Shown: one piece after another, positions 56,266 through 64,000 of the stretch
Position numbering within the stretch: the stretch's first letter is position 1
Layout of the letters: each line of letters begins with the position of its first letter
Assembly (NCBI RefSeq): GCF_000372725.1
Contig: NW_005201732.1
Location: 124,001-188,000, forward strand
Reading direction: 5' to 3'
Source: Emiliania huxleyi CCMP1516
Lineage: Eukaryota
DNA length: 64,000 nt
Notes under the pieces: model-generated
Told to the model about the DNA's origin: nothing
Seen by the model: the letters and a program-made list of their open reading frames with translations, nothing else
The model's database searches: none
Position numbers and translations under genes: made by a program

Positions 56266-58026
56266 CTTATCATGCAACCCCCTCCCCACCCCCACCCACA
56301 CTACCACCTCTACCACCACAGCAACAACTCCCAATTTTCAATGTATGTGGCTCTTACATTTTCAGTGTATGTAGCATTTTTCATAGGTTTCGGCGGGATA
56401 AAAGAAAAATACGCCCAACTTTCCGTTCCCTCCAACCACGTGCCCTTCCAAACATTGATGTGTCGACGGTTACCTATATACAGCCACCTGCGCCGAGGAC
56501 CCATGACGGACTCCGCGGTGTCGCAGCATGTGGCGGACTTGGAGACGCGGACACGGTTCAGTGCCGTGTATTTCACGATCACTCTCTTGCTCATCGGCTT
56601 CAGCGCCGCACTTGCAGTCTCCGCCGGGCTCGATGACGGCATCAACGCACCCGTGATGTCTGCAATTGGTGGACTCAACGCCATCTGCCTCGGCGTGGAG
56701 AGGGCGCTCGACCGAGACATCTCCAGGCGAACACCTTCCTCCAACAGGGCGTGCGCATAGTTGCCCGGCGAGGCGGACGGCAGTTGCACCACTGGGGCCG
56801 GTGCATGAGTCCCTGATGCAACAGGGCCTGCTCGGAGGATGCTCCCGCGGCTAACTAAACGTAGAGCTGGACAATGGCAGACCCTGGGACTGCTGCGGCT
56901 GACCGGCTCTATCGTCCAATGCCTAGCGCCGAGCGCTCCCGCCACCCCCTCGTCGGCGAGTTACAGGACTAGCTCCTGGACGATAAATCCTACGCACCGA
57001 CGCTGATAGAGGAGAGGTCCTCTGTTGCGACCACGAGATTGGCCCACGCGATCCGTGTCCCGCGAGCTTCGAGCCTTTGGGCCGCTCTGGCCCCGAGCTT
57101 GAGGGCTCAAGCCGGTGGGCTTTGACGTCTCTGCGCAGCCAGGAAGTGCCCGTACAAGACCGCTGGACAACGCGTAGCTAATACCAACGATGAGTCTCCC
57201 TTCAGTTCGTAATGTGGTCTGTGTTTCGCCTGCCATTGAGCATTGTGTGGTAAATTGTGTAGTGCTCCACGCACCGTCGGTTGCGTGGGCGGTAAGGAGG
57301 AGCCGCGCGCGCGCACTCGGGTTCTCGGACACTTCTTTCTGACTTTTCTTTCTCACTCGAGAGGGGCTTGGTGTAAATTCTCGTTGCACGCGGTTCTTGG
57401 TGTACCTGTGTTAGTGCCAGTGCGCGCCAGTCCCGTGCCCAGTGTTGTGCGAGGGAGTCCTTCTAAAATTCTTTTTGTCCCGTACCCGGTAATAAATAAA
57501 TAAATACAACGGACATCCCAAGCTAGGGCTGGGTCGAGGACAGACACGTCCCCACCTTTGCAGGATTTTGCAAAAGCGAGGGGGGAGGGCGCATCGCCGC
57601 GCGGAGAGGGCTGGGCACAGGGCACAGGGGATCTCTCTCGCATAGGATATGCACTCGGCGGCACGAGGGCAAGGCTGGGCGTCCTATGTTTGTGCTCCCC
57701 CCCGGACCCCTCGCTCTCGGGCACTAACCATCTGACCACTCATCGACGGGGCTTGGCGAGCGGCCGCGCTGCGGGGCAGGGCTGGTGAGAATGGGCTCTG
57801 GCCACTCGCCCGTGCGGTTGTAACCCCGCATCTGTCGGACAGAGGCCTCGACCGCCCCTCGCGGCAAGCTCTCGAGCATCTCGAGCAGCTCGCCCGCCGC
57901 CATCGCCGCCTCAAACTGCTCCCTCATGCCGAGCGCGCCGCATACCCTGCGGACCGCCTCCTGCTGCACCTCGTCCCGTACCCGGTGTCGGCGAGAGAGT
58001 CGCGCCGCAAAATTCTTTTTCTCGCG

Positions 58027-58041
58027 ATGTCCACCCAGCCG

Positions 58042-58074
<33 letters not shown>

Positions 58075-59493
58075 CTCGCCCCCGCCGCCGCCGCCGCTCC
58101 CTCGCCAGGCACGCCGCCGCCCGCCCGCCTCCTCGACCTCCCCACGGAGCTCATCGTGCGCGCCCTCTCTCGCTGCGACCCCGCCGACATCGCTCGCGTC
58201 GCGGCCGTCTCGCTCCTCTTCCACGGCTCACTCGCGGTGGAGGCCATCCGCTTGTGGGCGCAAGAGCGCGGCTTCGAGCTGCCGGCGCAGCCAGAGGGCG
58301 AGGGCTGTGCCGTGCGGTGGCTGTGCTTGTCGGCGCTGCTGCGCGAGTCCAACCCGCCGGCGAGGGCGGCCGCAGGCATGCAGCACAGCATCTTCATCGA
58401 CGGCGAGGGGCGGCTCTCGTCGTGCGGCACGGCAGCACAGGGCGAGGAGGACGAGGAGGAGGACGCGGAGGACTTTCCAGGCCTTCTCGGTCACGGCGAG
58501 GGCGTGCTGCGGCTCAACACGCCGACACGCCTCCCTCCGCTGGGTGGCGAGCGCGTCGTCGCCGTGTCGGCTGGAGATTCTTACAGCCTCGCCCTCACCG
58601 CCGACGGAGCTGTCTGGAGCTGGGGCAGTGGAGGCGTCAGCCTGTTGGGCCACGGCGACGAGCAGACCCAGTGGCTGCCGAAGAAGGTCGAGGCCTTTGC
58701 TGGCCGGCGCGTCGTCGCCGTGTCGGCTGGAGGTATGCACAGCCTCGCCCTCACTGCCGACGGCGCCGTCTGGAGCTGGGGCCAGGGAGGCTTGGGCGCG
58801 CTGGGCCACGGCGACACGCAGCACCAGCCGCTGCCCAAGAAGGTCGAGGCTTTGGCTGGCCAGCGCGTCGTCGCTGTTGCGGCTGGATGGTCGCACAGCC
58901 TCGCCCTCACCGCCGACGGTGCCGTCTGGAGCTGGGGCTGTGGAGGCTCTGGTCAGCTGGGCCACGGCAACCGGCAGGACCAGCTCCTGCCGAAGAAGAT
59001 CGAGGCCTTGGCGGGGCGGCGCGTGATCGCTGTGCTGGCTGGAAGCAGCCACAACCTCGCCCTCACCGCCGGCGGAGCCGTCTGGAGCTGGGGCTTTGGA
59101 TACGCTGGCCAGTTGGGCCACGGCGACCAGCAGCACCAGCTGCTGCCCAAGAAGATCGAGGCCTTGGCTGGCCAGCGCGTCGTCGCCGTGTCGGCTGGAG
59201 ACGACCACAGCCTCGCCCTCACCGCCGACGGAGCCGTCTGGAGCTGGGGTTTGGGAGGCTTTGGCAAGCTGGGCCACGGCGATGAGCAGCAGCAGCTGTT
59301 GCCAAAGAAGGTCGAGGCCTTTGCTGGCCAGCGCGTCGTCTCTGTGTCGGCAGGAGACGAACACAGCATCGCCATCACCGCCGACAGCGCCTTCTTTGCC
59401 TGGGGCAGGGGCGCCAACGGCTGCCTAGGCCACGGAGAGGACTTGTCGCACCAGCTGCTGCCCAAGAAGATCGAGGTGGGGGAGCGGGAGTGA
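58027..59493 (+). CDS. F-box protein with RCC1 repeats, intronless
   Basis: RLLDLPTELIVRALSRCDPADIARVAAVS (F-box), followed by about 7 RCC1 repeats VVAVSAG..HSLALTADGAVWSWG.G..GQLGHG. Confidence 0.9.
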
Positions 59494-59677
59494 GCTGTGA
59501 GCTGTGAGGGTGGAGAGGGTCCGCCCGCAGGCGCATTTTGTATGCCGAGGCGGTGCGTGGTACCGAACCTGTCGGACCTGTGGGCGCGGGAGTAAATGCC
59601 GTCTTATTAAATGAAATGAAAGCGGCACATCCACAAACGCCAGGCTACAAACATGGGGAGGCACGTGTGAGTGAGTG

Positions 59678-59777
<100 letters not shown>

Positions 59778-60983
59778 GGCATGCTTCATCTGGGAGCACT
59801 TGGAGTGCAGTCATCAACCGCACGACATCCAGGGCCGGGGAGCTAAGATCAAGATGTAAGAAGCGCACCCAGCGGGCCGGATGATTGGCATCGGGTTGCG
59901 GGCAAGAGGGCTAGCAATCGAGTTGCTTTTACGTGAGTCGTGACCCAGTACGATATACGTGACGTAAATATCTCGCAGTTGGAGTGTGTGACTGGTTGGG
60001 TAGTAGTCTAAGTTCTGAGCCTCGAGGCCTAGCGGGTCTAAGTGTGGCTAGCCACGCTGGAGTGCTTGCGCGGTCTAAGATCAGCGGGAGCCTCTTACAT
60101 CGGCTAAGTCGGCCGTGGCACGGCCTGGGGCCAAGAAGCTCCCACCGTGATCAACGAGATACGGCGCAGCCCCCAAATTTTCTTCGCCAGCAGCCAGCTT
60201 GTTGCGCTGCTTCGTTGCGATGAGCTGATTGGGATCGCAGAAGTGCATGCCAAGCACCGCCACGATCTTGAAGCAGAACACATCGCAACCGCATCGTCCG
60301 CACTGCCATCGGCATGCCGCGCCCGCCGCTTCGCCGCAGCCGCCTTAAGGCACGCATAAGAGCGGCAGCACATGGTACGGTAACCCACGCGTACTTGAGC
60401 AGGCGTTGCGCGCCGCAAGTAGCGCACTGGCCCTGGGTAAACCTGGAGGCTTTTCAGGTATACCCGGGTTTGGGGCCAAAGGCTCTTGTCGTCTAAGTAC
60501 GGCTTTAAGGACATGGGTCATGGCCCCCGACCATACAGCGTCTAGCCCTACTACCCAACCATTAGTGTGTGTGCATGCGCCGCACCCGCGCATTCGATCA
60601 CATGGAGAGGCACGCCACTCGGCACTCGCTGGGCGTCACACTATTTGTGTGCGCATAACAATGGGGAGCGGGGCGTGCGATGCTCTCTCAGCATAGAGAG
60701 AGAGCAACACACATAAAATATTCGAATAACATCCAATGCAGGGCCGCAGATTTGTAACGTGCGCACGTCGAGGGGACGGCCGTGTTGAAGAGATAATCTT
60801 GTTGGCAGATGAAGACACAGAGCTACTAATGAGTCTTCACGTGGAACAGTGGGGCCTGGAGCCCCTGGTTCTTAGTCTAGGTCGCGCTCTCGCGGGGAAC
60901 AAGCAGTCCGAACCTTAGGTTTTCTCGATTCTGCCACTCGGCTGCCACACCCTTCTCCACTCCATCTCCGCCTCTCTCCCAGC

Positions 60984-62186
60984 ATGCTCGCCCTCCTCTC
61001 GGTCTACTCTGGCTACAATGTCGCCGCCCGGCCTGCGGTGCGCAGCATGCGCCATGTCACCAAGCTGGCTGGTGGCGCCGCGCGCGGCGGCAACCCTCTC
61101 ATGGACATCACGCTTGAGGAGGCGGGTGAGTTCGGCACGACCGACTTCACGATGACCTTCAAGCGCGATGGCGCCGTCATCTCGCCGTGGCACGACATCC
61201 CGCTGGAGGCGGGCAACGGCCTCTACAACATGCTCACCGAGATTCCGAAGATGACCCTCAAGAAGATGGAGGTTGACACCAAGGCGTGTGGTTCTCCCGG
61301 CCGCTGGGTGTAGCACATCGGCAGCACAGGGATGCCGGCGAAGTAGCGACCAGGGCAGAGCCAGTCCTCACGTGCCGGCCTGTCCCTTCCAGGCGGAGGG
61401 CAACCCGATCAAGCAGGACGAGAAGAAGGGCAAGGCGCGGCTGTACCACGGCCCGATCTTTTGGAACTACGGCTGCCTGCCCCAGACGTGGGAGGACCCC
61501 AACGTCAAGGGCGACGAGAACGTGGGCGGTGCGTTCGGCGACAACGACCCGCTCGACGTGGTCGAGATTGGCGCCGCCTCCCTCTCGATGGGCTCCGTCA
61601 CGCCCGTCAAGGCGCACACACGGCCCCCTCAACACCGCCTCTGTCGCCGCCACCCTTGCTCCGCCGCCCTTTGCTCCGCCACAGAGCCAGCCACCCTCGA
61701 GCCCGACACCACCCTCGCCTCAGCCAGCGTGCCCGCCGCCTCCGTCGCCGCCATGCCTTCGCTTCTGCCGCTGCACTTTCGCCTCGCACCGCGGCCCCGC
61801 CACCGCCGCCGACCCGGTTGCCCCGCCACTCACCGGGCCGCTCCTCCTCCTCCTCCTCCCCGCGCGCGCAGCCGCTTGGTGTGCTCTCGATGATCGACGA
61901 CGGCGAGCTCGACTGGAAGCTGATCGCGATCAACGCCGCCGACGAGCACGCCGCGCAGATCAACGACGTGGACGACATTGAGAAGTTTTACCCGGGCACC
62001 GTCTCTGGCATCCGCGAGTGGTTCCGGTGGTACAAGACGCCGGACGGGAAGCCGATCAACGCGTTCGGGCACGGCGAGAAGGCGCTCAGCGCCAAGGAGG
62101 CCGTGCACGTCATCGAGGAGACCAACGGCTTCTACAAGGACCTGATGGCGGGCAAGGCGGACGCGGGCAAGCTGTGGACCAAGTGA
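60984..62186 (+). CDS. PPA: soluble inorganic pyrophosphatase (family I), probably plastid-targeted
   Basis: [48 protein letters not shown] and [15 protein letters not shown] introns at 61284-61392 and 61612-61871. Confidence 0.93.
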
Positions 62187-62770
62187 ATTCTCTAGAGGAG
62201 TACCCACCGCCGTACGCTAGGACGCCCCCTCTCGCGGGGACGCCTGAGACTCTGGCGCTCTGCTTCGCAGGGCCGCGGTTACGGCATGAGGAGAGCGACA
62301 CTTTGGTTCCCGGCCTTTGTCGTCCGGCGCTCGCTTGCGCTTGGAAGGACTCGGCGCTCCCGGCCGGCCCGGCGGGTGAGAACTGCGATGGTGCGGACGG
62401 GCGGGAGCTCAGAGCTTCGCTCGCGCCGCGGTGGCGCCCCGGCTAATGTTGTTAAAATGCATATATCAAATAAACTCTGTTGGCAAACGCCGCTTCGCCC
62501 AGAGCACTGCACATGCAGTAGCCTCGGCGGCACGCCGGAAAGTCCGGGCTCCGCCTCCGCGCTCCGGCGGTGCGGCGGACCCCGCGCGCGCTGTGGACAC
62601 GACAGTGGACGGCCCCGTGCCCGTCATCCGAGCCGACCGGACCGCACATCCGCTCACGGACACGTGCGGCGGAGCCGGAGGTATCGCGGCGGCCCTGCGT
62701 GGGGCGCCGGACGCGGGAGAGACGAGGTGTCGCAGGACAAGACATCACACTGTGACACACAGGAGTCGGT

Positions 62771-64000
62771 TTAGCCAGCGAGCGCGGCAAGGCGCAAATC
62801 GGACCGCAGCCGTGTGTCCAGCTCTGCGTACTTGTGAAGGGAGAGCTCGGTGTGTCGCTCGAGGCGCTGCTCGAGGATCTGAATGCGGAACATGGCCTCC
62901 TGACAAAACGCCTCGTACTCCTCCTCCTCCCTCGGGTCCATGTGGTCGCGGTTGCGCTGGAAAGTCGTCTGGCGCTTGGAGAGCGCTGCATTCTCCTCGT
63001 CGAGGCGCGACTGCACAATGGTGGCGCGCTCCACGAGTCTGTCCTTGAGCGAACGCAAGCAGTCGTCGCGTACTCGCAGCGCCTCCTCGCGTGTGAGCGG
63101 CGGCGCCTCGGGCGACAGCTGCCTCGGCAGGAAGGGCGTGAGAAAATCGCGCGGCACCTCAGCCACCTCCTCCGTCTCGTCGTGCGAGAGCACAAGCTTG
63201 CTGCGCCCCGTGTCGTACGCCGAGACGGAGAGGTGCCGCGGGAGCGCAAAGTTGCCGTCACCAAAGACCTGTTCGTCCTCGTCCATCGCCTCCGCGATCA
63301 CCGCCTCCTCATCTGCGCGCCTCGTCAGCTCGTCCTTGGCCTGGCGGTCGGTCTCGCGCAGCTGTGTTAGGCTCTCTCGCTCCGCCTGCTGCAGCTGCGC
63401 GTACTCCTCCTGAAGCTCCGTGTCGGTCGGCGTCCTTGAAAAGGGGTCCACTTGCACGACCCTGTGGCCCTGCTTTGAGTATGTCCGCCAAGAGCGCGTG
63501 ACGCGGTCCTGGCCAAAGTGGTAGCGCACCTTGATGACGCCGTTGGCCAAGTCAAACGTCCGCTTAGCCACGTCAGCCTCCGCGTCGACTTCGTCCGTTC
63601 TGCGGTAGCGCTCCGTCATCTTTCGGACAGTCGGCCCCGACCCCGGCGACGCCTCCGCGTACGATGCGGTGCGCTGGGTGAGCGTGCTGCCGTCACCCGA
63701 GTAGGTGAGGGTTGTCTTGTCGCCAAACACCTCGGTGCGCGACATCAGGCCGTCGAGCCGGGCTCCGTCATAGTACCGGAACTCGCGGCGCGAGCCCTCG
63801 ATCGAGACGAGCTCGCGCAAGGCGCGGCTTCGGCCCGGCTCGAACGTCTCGACCGTCCGGCCCTCCCGCTGATTCACGGTTCGCGAGGACAGTTTGTCCT
63901 TGCGGTTGCGGTAGCTCTCGCGCACCTCGTACGCGTCCTCCATCTCGATGTCTGAAAAGATGGTCATCCTCTCCACAAGCCCGTCTTCGCGCGAATAAGG
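62771..64000 (-). CDS. DRC7: dynein regulatory complex subunit 7 (CCDC135), 3' part; gene continues beyond the window
   Basis: FEPGR, ARLDGL, KMTERY, DVAKRTF, DFLTPFL and CLRSLKDRLVERATIVQSRL..FCQEAMFRIQILEQRLERH..KY..LDTRLRSD match the DRC7 C-terminus. Confidence 0.85.
   Translation of the reverse strand, partial: PYSREDGLVERMTIFSDIEMEDAYEVRESYRNRKDKLSSRTVNQREGRTVETFEPGRSRALRELVSIEGSRREFRYYDGARLDGLMSRTEVFGDKTTLTYSGDGSTLTQRTASYAEASPGSGPTVRKMTERYRRTDEVDAEADVAKRTFDLANGVIKVRYHFGQDRVTRSWRTYSKQGHRVVQVDPFSRTPTDTELQEEYAQLQQAERESLTQLRETDRQAKDELTRRADEEAVIAEAMDEDEQVFGDGNFALPRHLSVSAYDTGRSKLVLSHDETEEVAEVPRDFLTPFLPRQLSPEAPPLTREEALRVRDDCLRSLKDRLVERATIVQSRLDEENAALSKRQTTFQRNRDHMDPREEEEYEAFCQEAMFRIQILEQRLERHTELSLHKYAELDTRLRSDLRLAALAG

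Overview
This is a GC-rich, intron-containing eukaryotic window. Frequent GC-AG introns, minisatellite-filled introns and genes with bipartite-looking plastid presequences suggest a haptophyte such as Emiliania/Gephyrocapsa huxleyi (inference). Recognisable genes: chlM, SCYL1, an SDR, a beta-helix protein, two 2OG-Fe(II) oxygenases, a large ankyrin protein, an EamA transporter, an OPR/RAP-like helical-repeat protein, a UIM-OTU deubiquitinase, an ABCG transporter, a metacaspase, F-box/RCC1, a soluble pyrophosphatase and a partial DRC7. There are three N gaps, all inside SCYL1. The most notable elements are: (1) an intact Ty1/copia retrotransposon with apparently identical LTRs, non-canonical CG...CG termini and two hydrophobic helices inside Gag-Pol; (2) an intronless fusion of a NYN RNase to a Cys-less E2-like domain, bracketed by inverted repeats; (3) a Gig2/PARP-like fragment in a frame absent from the ORF track; (4) many introns that begin with a copy of the next exon and carry ~11-nt-period minisatellites; (5) a histidine-phosphatase/permuted NlpC-P60 fusion. 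Exon boundaries were read by eye and no database searches were run.
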